Below, piece by piece: positions 1-12,120 of a stretch of DNA of 64,000 bases. The position numbers were made by a program, and so were the translations under genes. Every line of letters begins with the position of its first letter. The stretch's first letter is position 1. Origin of the DNA: Pirellulales bacterium (lineage in GTDB: Bacteria; Planctomycetota; Planctomycetia; Pirellulales; Thermoguttaceae); NCBI GenBank assembly GCA_963844755.1, contig CAWJPM010000008.1, positions 69,788 through 133,787 of the forward strand, written 5' to 3'. Below the pieces are notes generated by a model, which was given only the letters and a program-made list of their open reading frames with translations, was not told the origin of the DNA and searched no databases.

Positions 1-474
1 GCAATCTATGGAGTTATTGAAAAATAATTCGTTGGTGTCCAGGATGGCGCACGATGAGTAACCGGAGCCGATTTCCATGATTCGCTTCGGACGGATGTGG
101 CGGATCATCGAGTAGAGAATGATCGCGTCGCCGTAAGAATAGTTCGGATTCTCGTAAAAATACCGCAGTCCTTTTGTTTTTTTATCGGGGAAAGGGAGGT
201 CCTGATAGTGCGGATGCAATGCCCGCAAAAGGGCAACCTGTTGCTCTTCGCGTAAGTCGATGCCCGGCAGAGTCCGAGGGGGCGGTCCAAAAAGCCGTTT
301 TTCCTCTGATCGCACTTGTTCCAGCGAAGGAATGGGCGAATAAAAATGACCCGGGGGAACAAATTGCTCGTAAGACGCTAATTTGCCGCGGAGTTGTTCG
401 ACTTCGGCTTTAAAGCTCTTTCGGCGCTTTGACCACGGCAGGCGATCTAAAAGTAAACGGTGAAGTTGTGCCAT
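1..474 (-). CDS. class I SAM-dependent methyltransferase, N-terminal part (C-terminus lies beyond the window edge)
   Basis: Absent from the ORF track because it runs off the edge. My translation from ATG at 474 downward gives MAQLHRLLLDRLPWSKRRKSFKAEVEQLRGKLASYEQFVPPGHFYSPIPSLEQ...YFYENPNYSYGDAIILYSMIRHIRPKRIMEIGSGYSSCAILD. IMEIGSGYSS resembles SAM-binding motif I. The gene is divergent from the glycosyltransferase at 950. Confidence 0.6.
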   Translation of the reverse strand, partial: MAQLHRLLLDRLPWSKRRKSFKAEVEQLRGKLASYEQFVPPGHFYSPIPSLEQVRSEEKRLFGPPPRTLPGIDLREEQQVALLRALHPHYQDLPFPDKKTKGLRYFYENPNYSYGDAIILYSMIRHIRPKRIMEIGSGYSSCAILDTNELFFNNSIDC

Positions 475-612
475 CACGATCCGAAGGCATGCAGGCCGAT
501 TGCAGTGAACACTAAATTTTATTAAAGCGCGGTTATAAAGCCGTGCATGAGAATATCAAGGAAGATAATTTTATGTCAAGAGATCGTTGATTTCACAAAA
601 TCATTCATAAAG

Positions 613-699
613 CTGGAGTTTTGCAAATTACCCCATCTCCCGACCACTGTCAGTGTGCCGGGAGAGGGGTGCCTGATTTTCCGTTTTGCATAACTCCAG
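613..699 (+). repeat. divergent copy of the ~90-nt REP/MITE-like element (terminal inverted repeat plus CCCC.CTCCC...GGGAGAGGGG core hairpin)
   Basis: ctggagttttgca...ccccatctcccg-N17-cgggagagggg...tgcataactccag. It has the same architecture as the copies at 9061, 14312 and 21972. Confidence 0.45.
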
Positions 700-949
700 T
701 AAGTAAAACACTATTGGTGTTTTTACGGTCGATCATTAGAATGTCTGAGAAATCTTTTTTCCCAAAAAGGAGGATTCCAGGTTGACCGGAGAACGGATTC
801 TCGAATGGCACTGTAATCGGGGTAGTCGTTTATCTCTGCCGAAGCCGGTTTCGTTGTTGAATCCAACTGGTTCTCCGCATTTTTAAAGCAGGCCGCGAAA
901 TTATCTCACCGCGGCAATTTATTTCAAAATAAACGGCGAGTCGTTTGCC

Positions 950-3310
950 ATGCAATCAGATAGTTTGATTGAACGTGAACATCGAGACGCGGCGGAATTA
1001 AACGCCGCTTTGGTAGAAGCGTTGGCGGCGAGAATTGATAGTGAAGCCAGGCACATACGGCAGATTTCCGAGATCGAAGCACGATACAAAGAACAACTCG
1101 CTGCAAAGGAAGTTGAAATTGCGAAAATGGAATCTGTGTGGAAGCGGCGGTTCTTTGAAAAAGAGCAATCGTGGATATGTGAACTATCGGCAAAGGAAGA
1201 AGAGATAGACCGAATTTATAATTCTCGCATTCTGCCTATAATGTGTTTATTATCTCGCGTCCGTCACTGCCTGTTGCCGACCGATTCTATACGGGAAAAT
1301 ATTGCAAGGAGCATATTCCGGACATCGAAAATACTGTACCGTTGCTGCCGATTAGCGTTGTCGCTGTTTATGGAAAACTTGCGCCACAAAATGATCGCTT
1401 CCCCGGACAATAAATTATCGCCCGATAAGTATGACGTCTTTTTCTTTTCGATTATTGATTGGGACTTCCGTTTTCAGCGCCCGCAACAAATGGCCCGTCA
1501 ATTCGCGAGCGCTGGCCACAGGGTGTTCTATGTGTCTCAAAAGTTCACGGCGAGAAAAAACGTCAAAATCAGGCCGATTGAAGAAAATATATATGAATTA
1601 TTTTTGTCCGGAGATCCGACCGTTAACGTCTACAAACATCAGGCATCCGAATATGTCCTGATAAAAATGGCGGACTCACTCAACAAATTTAGCCTCGATT
1701 CGAAGTGCAGCACGGGAATTCTGCTGGTTCAGCTGCCGTTTTGGACAAGCCTTGCGGAAAAGATGCGCGCACGGTTGGGGTGGCCGATCGTTTACGATTG
1801 CATGGATGAACATGCGGGATTCGCGACGGATAGCGAATCAACGGTCGTGGATGAACAAAGACTTTTTGAACAAGCGGACCTGACTCTGGTTAGTTCCGAA
1901 TTGTTGCGGAAAAAAGCCCTTAAACGGACTCCGCGCGTCGCGTTGGTGAGAAACGCGGCAGATTATAAGCACTTCGCTTTTGCCGCAGAAAAAAGAAAAG
2001 CCGCAAGTTCAAGGAAGATTACAGTCGGTTATTATGGGGCAATCGCCGACTGGTTTGACACTCAATTAGCGGCCAACCTGGCCATGTTGCAGCCTGATTG
2101 GGAGTTCCAATTTGTCGGCCATACTTTTTCCACCGATTTGAATCTTCTAAGAAATATTAAAAACGTTAAATTTCCAGGCGAAATGCCTTACAGCAGATTG
2201 CCGGAAATTCTCAAGAGATGGGACGCCTGCATAATCCCCTTCCGGAAAGTTCCGCTGACGGAAGCGACCAATCCCGTGAAAGTATATGAAATGCTGGCTG
2301 CGGGCATGCCCGTGGTTTCCGTGGACTTGCCGGAAATTCGCCCTATCGAGCAAGCCGGCCTCATAAAGACGGCCGAAACCGCCGCCGAGTTTGCCGAACA
2401 GATCAAGCGGATGATACGCGATCAATCGCCTGAATTGATCAAAGCCCGTCAAGCCTTCGCCAGGGAAAATACTTGGGCGGATCGCTATCGCGTAACAACC
2501 TCCGAAATCGTTTCCATTTTTCCCAAGGTAAGCGTCTTAATAGCCATACACAACAATCTGGAACTGAACAAGTCCTGCCTTTCCAGCATCCTCGGCAAAA
2601 CCGACTATCCGAATTACGAGGTCATATTGGTGGATAACGCCTCGACCGACGGCAGCCGGGAGTATGTGTTGGAATTATCCGGAAACGACAGCCGTGTAAG
2701 GGTCATCTTGAACGAAGAGAATGAAAGTTTTGCCAAGGCCAACAATCGCGCTTTGGACGCGGCCACGGGAGAATACATAGTTTTTCTGAATAACGACACG
2801 ATTGTCACCCAGGGCTGGATTACCCGCTTGTTGCAGCATTTAAAGAGCGATCCGGCCATCGGCATGATCGGTCCCGTAAGCAACGCCGTCGGCAACGAGG
2901 CAAAAATTGAAGTCGATTACACATCGCCGGATGGAATCGATGCCTTTGCTTCGTTATATTACCGCAAACATGACGGCGAGATATTCGATATACCGGTGCT
3001 TGCGCTGTTTTGCACCATGATCAAACGTTCTATTTTGGAAAGCGTCGGCCGGCTTGACGAGAGCTATGGCGTAGGCATGTTCGAGGACGATGATCTTTGC
3101 GTGCGCATAAAAAACGCCAATTTTCGGCTGGTCTGTGCGGAGGATGTTTATATTCATCACTTTCAGCAGGGAACTTTTAAACTCTTGCCGCCCGATGTTT
3201 TTAAGCAGGTATTTGAGGACAATCGCAAAAGATTTGAAGAGAAATGGGGGCCATGGAAACCCCACCAACCGCGTAAGCCGGCGGCTGCGACAAAAGTAGG
3301 GTTCCCCTGA
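950..3310 (+). CDS. multidomain glycosyltransferase: N-terminal coiled coil, GT4-like (GT-B) domain and C-terminal GT2 (GT-A) domain
   Basis: Intact 786-aa ORF. The N-terminus is heptad-like and Glu/Lys/Ala-rich. The middle contains YDVFFFSIIDWDFRFQRPQQMARQFASAGHRVFYV and a C-terminal GT-B half (PVKVYEMLAAGMPVVS). The C-terminus has VSVLIAIHNN...YEVILVDNASTDGS and a DDD motif typical of GT2. Confidence 0.75.
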   Translation: MQSDSLIEREHRDAAELNAALVEALAARIDSEARHIRQISEIEARYKEQLAAKEVEIAKMESVWKRRFFEKEQSWICELSAKEEEIDRIYNSRILPIMCLLSRVRHCLLPTDSIRENIARSIFRTSKILYRCCRLALSLFMENLRHKMIASPDNKLSPDKYDVFFFSIIDWDFRFQRPQQMARQFASAGHRVFYVSQKFTARKNVKIRPIEENIYELFLSGDPTVNVYKHQASEYVLIKMADSLNKFSLDSKCSTGILLVQLPFWTSLAEKMRARLGWPIVYDCMDEHAGFATDSESTVVDEQRLFEQADLTLVSSELLRKKALKRTPRVALVRNAADYKHFAFAAEKRKAASSRKITVGYYGAIADWFDTQLAANLAMLQPDWEFQFVGHTFSTDLNLLRNIKNVKFPGEMPYSRLPEILKRWDACIIPFRKVPLTEATNPVKVYEMLAAGMPVVSVDLPEIRPIEQAGLIKTAETAAEFAEQIKRMIRDQSPELIKARQAFARENTWADRYRVTTSEIVSIFPKVSVLIAIHNNLELNKSCLSSILGKTDYPNYEVILVDNASTDGSREYVLELSGNDSRVRVILNEENESFAKANNRALDAATGEYIVFLNNDTIVTQGWITRLLQHLKSDPAIGMIGPVSNAVGNEAKIEVDYTSPDGIDAFASLYYRKHDGEIFDIPVLALFCTMIKRSILESVGRLDESYGVGMFEDDDLCVRIKNANFRLVCAEDVYIHHFQQGTFKLLPPDVFKQVFEDNRKRFEEKWGPWKPHQPRKPAAATKVGFP

Positions 3311-3493
3311 ACCGCTGCCGCCGCGTTTATTGAGAGACAGGAAAATAACGTCGTATTTTTTCATCGGAGCCGGGCCGTGTCGGCCCGGAAATGCCGGGGC
3401 GACACGCCTCGGCTCTGATTTTTTTCCACGTCATTCATTATCTGAGACTTAGTTGCCCGCATCGTAACGGCGCTGCGAGGAAAGGAGGCTCTT

Positions 3494-5451
3494 TTGAAGG
3501 TTTTGGCGCTGAAATTTCTCACGGTTCTTCTCTTGGCATATTTTGCCGTCGTTTTTCTACAACAGGCTACGCGCATCCTCGACGGTTACGATGCGGCTTA
3601 CTTCGCCAACGTGGCGCGGAACTTCGCGTTCCAACAGCGTTACGGCGTTTGGGACAACGGCGAATTCGTAACGTGCCCCGTTGAGGCCACAACCGGGCCG
3701 GCCATGCTCCTGCCGGTGGCCGCCGTCTATTGGTGCTTCGGCGACTGGGTGTTCCTGCCGGGTGTTGTGGGCGCGATTTTATGCCTAAGCGTGCTCGTCT
3801 TTGACTGGATAATTGCGGTTCCCGGCGATTCGCGGCAATCGGCCTGGCACTACTTTTCCTTGTTAGTCGCCATAATAGTGATGTTTTCGATCACGGCCAA
3901 AGGGTCGGATCACCGGTATTTCTACGCCTCACAGGGTGACGCGCTGGCGGGCCTGCTGCTGCTGGGGATGACTGTAACCCTGGGACGGGCGTACCAACGC
4001 GATCGCGCAGGATTTCTGGGCGGCATTAAGTGGAATTTTCGCGGCTATGGCGCTAAATACCAAAGTTTATTACAATCCTGCCCTTGACGGCCTGGACGGC
4101 GTTCGTTGTCATCTCCGCGGCGTTTCGGTGGATTCCGCGCCGCGCGGTTGCAATCGCGATAATTACATCCGCCGCGACTCAGGGCTGCTTCGCCTTGTTC
4201 AATCTGTGGCAAATCGGATCGCCGCGAGGATATCTATCGTACCTCCGGCAGTTTTGCGTTTTTTTCTGCAGGCCGGGATCGGGCTTAGGCGGTTCCAAAC
4301 CCCCACTCGGGCAACTATTCGCCGATCACGTGAATCAGTACTTTCTGGAATTCGGCTGGTGCGGCCTGGTTCTTCTGCTTCCGCTATTGGGCGGCTTGGT
4401 CTGCATGTGCCGATTGATTCGCAATCGGGGGTCGGCGGACGGTTGGATGGGTGTCGGCTGTACGTTTCAGATCGTGCCATTGCTCATGTGGTGGTTTTGT
4501 TTCTCCGACTTGACATGGACGAGGCATATCGCCCCAATCCTGGTGATACTGCCCTTCACCTGCCATTTTCTTTTTAGCGACGCGTGGCGCAAAACGCAAT
4601 CATGGTTCGCAAGAGCAGTGATTGCCGGCGGGTGGCCGATTTCATTGGCAGCAGCTTGCATGTTGTCGCCGTCGCGAGTTTGGGATCCGCCGCGGCTGAC
4701 GCCAGGGCCCCATGCCCGGAGCGTCGCCCTTCTGGAGTATGCCCGGGATATCGAAGCTTTACGCCTCGAACAACCCGATGCCCGGTTCTGGGGTTCCGGC
4801 TGGTGGAGGCACTGGGACGTGCAATTGACAACTCACGTGAAACTCTTGAACCTCCTCGAGTCGCCAAAGGGCGCGGCTGGCCCGGGGCAGGAAAATCATG
4901 ACTACTTGATCCTGTCGGATTACTTCAATTGGGAACACAATCCGGTCGCCACCTGGGTCGTCGAACGCAACCGGAACAATATCATTCTTTCGAGAGGGCC
5001 TTTCCAGTTGTGCCATTTGAAGCCTCCACCCGCGGCATTGGCCGGTGTAAAAGCATCTGCTTCCTACGAAAATCCCTCTATGGCGGGCCGCACGCTCGAA
5101 GCCTTGAACAACGGCTTCGATCCCTTCGTGCGGTTCACCTGGTGGGACCACGGCGGAACGAAGGAGTGGGTGCAATACGACTTCCCGGCCGAAACGCGCC
5201 TGTCGGCCGCCGAAGTTTATTGGTACGACGACAGCGTGTGGAAGGGCCGCTACGGCGTGCCCGAATCGTGGCAATTGCTATACAAGGACGGAGCGGATTG
5301 GAAGGAGGTGGAAAACGCCGGCGAGTTCGGCGTGAAACCGGACGCCTTCAATCGCGTGACGTTCAAGCCCGTGAGCACCACGTCGCTGAGGCTTGTCGTG
5401 AAACTCCGAAGCGGATTGCTCGGCGGAATTCTGGAATGGATAGTTGAGTAG
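3494..5451 (+). CDS. polytopic membrane protein (ArnT/PMT-like glycosyltransferase fold suspected) with a C-terminal discoidin/galactose-binding-like beta-sandwich; reading frame broken near 4040-4090
   Basis: AAGGAGG at 3482-3488 sits 5 nt before a TTG start. ORFs 3494..4087 and 4084..5451, plus a short stretch of frame 0 (AALSGIFAAMALNTKVYYNPAL), are all hydrophobic. The C-terminal 130 aa reads WVQYDF...AAEVYWYDD...WQLLYKDGADWKEV...LRLVVKL...GILEWIV. Confidence 0.55.
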
Positions 5452-5582
5452 CTTGGAACACCTTCGAAAACCACGAAACGGACAGGTTCGGTTTGCCGGA
5501 ACGGCCCGGGGGGTGCTTGGCACAAACCGATACTGTCCCCCTTTTCTTAGAGGCCCTGTGCCAAGCATCTGGAGAATCTCTG

Positions 5583-6189
5583 ATGGTTGGCAATAAAAAA
5601 CTGATGCTGTCGGTTTCGCGGCTGCTGTCGCTGATTCTCTTGCTGCTGGCTGGATTTTCAGCCTATTATATTTTGATTCGCCATCCAATTACCACGGATC
5701 CCATCTATTTTTGGAATTACAGCCATTTATATTTTCATCAAGAAGCCGCCGTCAGTGCGGCCGTATTTGGCGCCTTGTTAGCCCTGGGATGCGCAGGCGT
5801 GTTTAAAAGTATTGCGCAATGATTGGTGGATATTGCTCGTGCCCGTTCTGATGATCGTTTGCGCCGGTCGAGCTGGCGCACTGGTGGGATTTATGATCCA
5901 GTCGGCGGCTGGTATAGCCGTCGGCATTCCGATCTACCGGCGGCTGCGAGGAAGCGAAATGCCCGGCGAAATCAGTCTCACGGGATTGCTCTTGTCGTGG
6001 TTCATGGGCGGATCCGCAAATGCTTATGCTGTTTGGATCGCCCTTCACTGGAAGATCAATTTCAGTTACGTATACTTTAGCGTCGCCTTTATCGAGATAA
6101 TTCTTTTTCGGCGGTCGTTGGCCGATGCGATCGCCGCCGTCACAGAACGAGTAAAGTATGCAGATTCACTCCCGGGCAATGGACTGTAG
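5583..6189 (+). CDS. hypothetical membrane protein(s): two overlapping hydrophobic ORFs, possibly one frameshifted gene
   Basis: ORFs 5493..5822 (likely start ATG 5583 after GGAGA) and 5812..6189. Both have multiple predicted TM helices. I recognise no family. Confidence 0.3.
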
Positions 6190-7925
6190 CGCTTTGGGCA
6201 ATTTTCATACTGCCCCATGCCCTGGTGCCATCATACCTATCGACGAATGCGTGCGGCACGTTATTTTTCCCAAAGCAGGTCGCATTGTTCGGCCGGCACG
6301 TGTTTGACCCCAACAATATTTGGTCTGTTGATACCGAGGTATTTTCCCAAAGCTGCTTTCATCATCGGTTATCTGCTCGGCGGCGAGTATGCTCCTGCGA
6401 TTTTCAAACTTGGCGTCAATGGTCGTCGGGCATGTTGCTGATAGAAAACTATTGTCATCGCAGACTTCAATCTTCTTACCGGCCTTTTTTGCCGTCATAT
6501 CCTTGATTTCCACGCCGATTTTAGGATATTTCATGACTTGCGTTTATCTGGAGCCGTTCAATTTTTTGTCCGTGTCGGCCATGATGATCGCGGCAATGGA
6601 TGCTCTGGAGCATCTTGACCGCAATGCCGTCATTTTGTCGTTCATCCTCTGGCGGCGTTCGGTTTCCTATACAAGCAGCAGGCCGTGTTTTTCGCCCTGC
6701 CGATTGGCATCGATTTTAGACGGCTGCATTGTCGGTGCGTTGCATTCGGCAAAGATCATGCCGGCCGATGATTCTGGTTTGCCGGAGGAGTGCTGTCGGC
6801 GATAATCATCGTGTCGCCGTTTCTTGCGCAAAACTATATTTTAACAAAAAACCCGTTATTCCCCTTGTTAACGGCGTATTCCATTCGGAATTGATATCTC
6901 CCAGTAATTGGCAAGGATATCCGTTTCGACCAACCGTTTAATCTTGGGAGCCTGGCCGAATTGACGTTTCACGGCGAGCGGTTTTGGGAGTTGGGCTCGT
7001 TTGCATTTGGCGTTAATTTTTTCCTGTTATCGTGGTTAATTCCGCTGGCATATTCATCCGCGGAAATAATAAGGCGTTAAAATCGGGCCTCTTGGCGATA
7101 TTTGCGGCATCCCTGTTGCTGTGGTGGAAAATAACCAGTCCGAACATGCGTTACTTTGTCGGACCGTTGTCTGCCGGCGCCATTTTACTCGGTCTGACCA
7201 TGAACGAGATTTGGGAGAGGATCCGTCGCGATCGTCTTGCGTTGTCCTTTGGGAGTCGCGACTCTGGCGATTGCCATGATAGTAAATGCGGCATCGCTGT
7301 TAAACACAGTCGAGTATTGTTGTCAATATCCCTTGCTCGAGGCATTCACCAGGCAAGTATAACGGATTCGGCCAGGCGCGGTTGATCAAGGAAATCAGGA
7401 AAGTGTTTTTAACGGCCTATGCCAGGTTCGGCAAAGAGGGGTCGTGCCTGCTGGTTCAGGAGTCATTACTTATGCTTGGCCGACCAGCACATAGAAATGC
7501 TGGGAACAACATATCTGCCGAAATTGGGCCGCAATGCAGAATTGGCGAAATGAAGATGACGCATTTGATTGGATTTTCCGGAAAAAAAATTCTCTTGCGT
7601 TATTATGAAACAGAATCTCGATGGCAATAGACCGAATTGCAACATCCGACTGTTGTGTTCTCCGCGATTCCGCGAAATAGTGAATGTCGAGTTTGCCCAT
7701 GCCGGATTTCTCTTGTTAACGCCAAAAGCAAACAATGACAAGCCCTGAGCCGGATAAATGAAGCTTTGGTAGAAAATATGCCCTTGACCGGAATTCCAAT
7801 GCCGCGATGTACAAGTGCAATTGCCATCGGCTGGAATGGATTCCAGACACGGGGGCAATCCGTGCTGGCAGTGCTGTCATGCGGCGTATCCAACGCCGAA
7901 ACAGTCCAGGGAAGGAGATGTGCAA

Positions 7926-8995
7926 ATGATAAGCATTCTGCGCCAGGAAGCGACAATACCGTTCGGCCGATCCCGGCGGAATCCAGGAACTCAATATCGC
8001 CGTTCTCATTCCCTGCTACAACGAGGAATTGACCATAGCTTCGGTGATAGCCGACTTTCAGGCGGAACTTCCGGACGCGACCATCTATGTGTTCGACAAC
8101 AATTCGACCGATCGGACCGCGGAAATCGCCGACCAGGCCGGCGCGGTGGTTTTAAGAGAGAGGCGGCAGGGAAAAGGATTCGTCGTGCAATCAATGTTTC
8201 GCATGATCGATGCCGACGTATACATAATGATCGACGGCGACGCCACTTATCCGGCCTCCGATGTGCGCCGCCTGATCGCCCCCATCCAACAAGGCGAGGC
8301 CGATATGGTGGTCGGTTCGCGTCTGCACGCCAAATCAAACAGCAAATTCCGCCAGTTGAATTTGTTGGGCAACCGTATATTTCTCTCCACCCTTAAACGC
8401 CGTGTTCCACGTCCGCCTCACCGATATCCTTTCCGGATACCGGGCCTTTAGCCGCGAATTCGTCAAAACCGTCGCCCTGGTCGGCGGCGGATTCGAGGTG
8501 GAAACGGAACTTACCATCAAGGCCCTCGAGGCGGGCTTCCGCGTGGCGGAAGTTCCGGTCGATCTCAGCACACGGCCCGAGGGCAGCTTCTCCAAAATCC
8601 GGCCGCTGCACGACGGCCTGCGCATCCTCGGAACGATCTTCGCACTCTTGCGTGATTATAAACCCCTGACTTTCTTCGGCGTACTTGCCATTGCTTTTGT
8701 GATGGGCGGTTGCACCGCCGGCATGCCCGCAATTATTGACTATATCCGATCCGGCGTTGTTCTGCATGTGCCATCCGCGATCCTGGCGGTCGGCATGGTA
8801 TTGCTGGGAATGCTCCTGTTTACCGCGGGTCTTATTCTTCACTGCATGACGCGAAGGATCCGCGAAATTGAATACCAACTCCGCCGCGGCGTCGTATCGG
8901 AACGATTGCCCGCGCAATCGTTCCAAGCAAGCTCCGGGGCTAAACCTGGAATACGACATTTACTTGTCCCCACGCCGGATCTTGGGAGCAAGTAA
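7926..8995 (+). CDS. GT2 family glycosyltransferase (polyprenyl-phosphate sugar transferase/GtrB-like) with C-terminal TM helices; two frameshifts
   Basis: AGGAG at 7913-7917 precedes ATG 7926. IAVLIPCYNEE, DNNSTDRT and IDGDATYP are GT-A signatures. The frame changes near 7975 and near 8392 (AAA run), joining ORFs 7815-, 8029..8451 and 8402..8995 (LNAVFHVRLTDILSGYRAF). Confidence 0.75.
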
Positions 8996-9020
8996 AACAA
9001 CGTGCTCAATGCGCAACCAA

Positions 9021-9046
9021 AGCCCCCGGTGAAATCACCGGGGGCT
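9021..9046. terminator. perfect 12-bp hairpin between the convergent GT2 and eno genes
   Basis: AGCCCCCGGTGA-AA-TCACCGGGGGCT followed by an A/T-rich tract. It lies 26 nt after the GT2 stop. Confidence 0.55.
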
Positions 9047-9060
9047 AAATATTTATATTA

Positions 9061-9150
9061 GGAACTCCAACAAAACCTCCCCTCTCCCTTTGGGAGAGGG
9101 GCTAGGGGTGAGGGCGTTTTTGAAAGTGTAGCAGGTTTTGTTAGAACTCC
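9061..9150 (+). repeat. ~90-nt REP/MITE-like element, copy 1
   Basis: ggaactccaacaaaacct-cccctctccctttgggagagggg-ctaggggtgagggcg...aggttttgttagaactcc. Near-identical copies lie at 14312..14400 and 21972..22061. Confidence 0.8.
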
Positions 9151-9175
9151 TTAAAATATTTGATGTCAAAGATCG

Positions 9176-10464
<1,289 letters not shown>

Positions 10465-10731
10465 TTAATCTCCTATAGAAATGTTTTATTATTTTACCGC
10501 CAAGGGCTGGTCACTTTAGTGAACCAGTTGGCCCGATAAAATATGGTCCAACTATAAAGGTCTTCTGAAAACGTCCTATTTTGTATCATTAATCCGCACT
10601 TGACTAGTGGGGCAAAGACAATGATCCTAAGGTATCTGTTGTGATGATATTTGCCCCATTGCCTCTCGGGGGTGATATTACAACTGTTGACCCGTCGAAT
10701 AGTTTCAAATAACTCACTAAAAAGGGTGGTA

Positions 10732-11967
10732 TTATTCATCTCCAAGCCCATTCATGGAATCGGCGGTCCCGGCCAAGGCGGCTTCCAGTTGTAGCATCTC
10801 CTCATCGGCAATCGGCGTCCCAGGCAAAAGATGACGCGGAAGAAAAACCGCGTTGGCAATCATGGTCGGGATAACCGCGCTGCCGATGACCGCGGCAACA
10901 AGGAACGAGTATTGTTCCTTAGTCACAATGTTATGGGTCAGGCCGTAAAGGGCCGATATTGTGCCGAATGTCAATCCGGTTGACATCATGAGCGTGTAAT
11001 ACCAGCGTTCTTTGCTATCCTTTCTGAACAGGCCAATGACGGGAAACAGACCGAAAATCTTGGATACGACTTTTCCGCTAAATAGAACTAGGAACACCAT
11101 GGGAGCCGACATCAGCACCGGCAATGAAACCAAAGAACCCGCCCTAATGAAGTAAAAGGGCGTAAGGAAACCTATAGTCAGGGTTCGCAAGCGCCGGACA
11201 TAAAAATGATCCCGGCCGATGGTCTTGGCAAGGACCATGCCCGCAATATAGGCCGGCAATACGGCTTCGCTTCCCGCCCAAAGCGATAGTGCGCCTAATC
11301 CGCAGAGAACCAACAAAATCCATTTTGTTCGGATGGCGGCCGTGCGATTGCCATACCAGGCAATTATGCGCGACGTAAGAAAAGGCAGCAGCAGTAGAAC
11401 GGCGGCGCAGACTCCGACAAAAATAGCCGTTTTGTAGGTGAACGGGGCAAACACAAGCCCCAAGGCAATAACCGTGCCCAGATCGTTGACAAAACAAGCG
11501 CCCAGAATGCCCTTGCCGAATTCGGTCTTGTTGAAACCGGACTCCAGCATCACGGCATAGACCACGGCCATGGACGTTGTTGAAAGGGCTATGCCGGCCA
11601 GCCAACTTGCCGAAGGATCCCAACCTAAAACGAATCTTGCCAATGCGGCGCAACCCAGAAACGGGGCGATAAAACCGAACAGCCCGACGACCATAACCTC
11701 CCAAAACTTGGCCTTCATGGCGTCCGGATCGAGTTCAGCCCCGGCCAGGAAGGTCAGTAAAACCGCGCCGATCGAGGCCACGAATCGGAGCCAATCCAGA
11801 TCCGCGCCTAGGGCATTGGGGTGAAAGAACCGATCGGCCACCACGGCCGCCGCCATCCCAACGCAGATTTCCACCAGTGCCATGGACATCCGCAAGTGAC
11901 TGGCCAACATGGTGGCAAGAACGGCAAGGGCCAGCCAGATCGCGGCTATTGCATAGACGTGTTCCAT
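10732..11967 (-). CDS. cation:proton antiporter (Na+/H+ exchanger family, CPA-type)
   Basis: Intact 411-aa ORF with about 11-12 TM helices and a typical Na_H_Exchanger-like sequence (GLFGFIAPF, LSTTSMAVVYAVM). It lies directly downstream of the fluoride riboswitch. Confidence 0.75.
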   Translation of the reverse strand: MEHVYAIAAIWLALAVLATMLASHLRMSMALVEICVGMAAAVVADRFFHPNALGADLDWLRFVASIGAVLLTFLAGAELDPDAMKAKFWEVMVVGLFGFIAPFLGCAALARFVLGWDPSASWLAGIALSTTSMAVVYAVMLESGFNKTEFGKGILGACFVNDLGTVIALGLVFAPFTYKTAIFVGVCAAVLLLLPFLTSRIIAWYGNRTAAIRTKWILLVLCGLGALSLWAGSEAVLPAYIAGMVLAKTIGRDHFYVRRLRTLTIGFLTPFYFIRAGSLVSLPVLMSAPMVFLVLFSGKVVSKIFGLFPVIGLFRKDSKERWYYTLMMSTGLTFGTISALYGLTHNIVTKEQYSFLVAAVIGSAVIPTMIANAVFLPRHLLPGTPIADEEMLQLEAALAGTADSMNGLGDE

Positions 11968-11985
11968 CGAAGTTCCTCGGTACCA

Positions 11986-12113
11986 ACAAAAAAACCCTGT
12001 CTCTCGGCAGGGCTTGTTGGCACAGAGGTTTTAACCCCTGCCGTGAGGCTATCATGGCAGGAGTCATCAGCCCGGTTTCGGGCGGTTGTACGGGGGAACT
12101 CCATCCCCTTCAG
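11986..12113 (-). promoter_or_regulatory. fluoride riboswitch (crcB motif) aptamer at 12056-12110 plus expression platform with an intrinsic terminator at 11988-12015
   Basis: The minus-strand RNA reads GGGGAUGGAGUUCCCCCGUACAACCGCCCGAAACCGGGCUGAUGACUCCUGCC. This matches the conserved GAUGGnGUUC...AACCGCC-hairpin-GGCUGAUGAnUCCU core, and GGAGU/ACUCC can form the pseudoknot. It is followed by hairpin CUCCUGCC..GGCAGGGG and then AAGCCCUG-CCGAGAGA-CAGGGUUUUUUU. Confidence 0.85.
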
Positions 12114-12120
12114 CTTTTAT

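Noticed and set aside
6205-6534. 109-aa minus-strand ORF; I considered a DUF433/HTH-like or antitoxin-like protein
   Set aside because: I could not match any motif convincingly in any frame. There is no SD, and it overlaps a degraded region. It is left uncalled.
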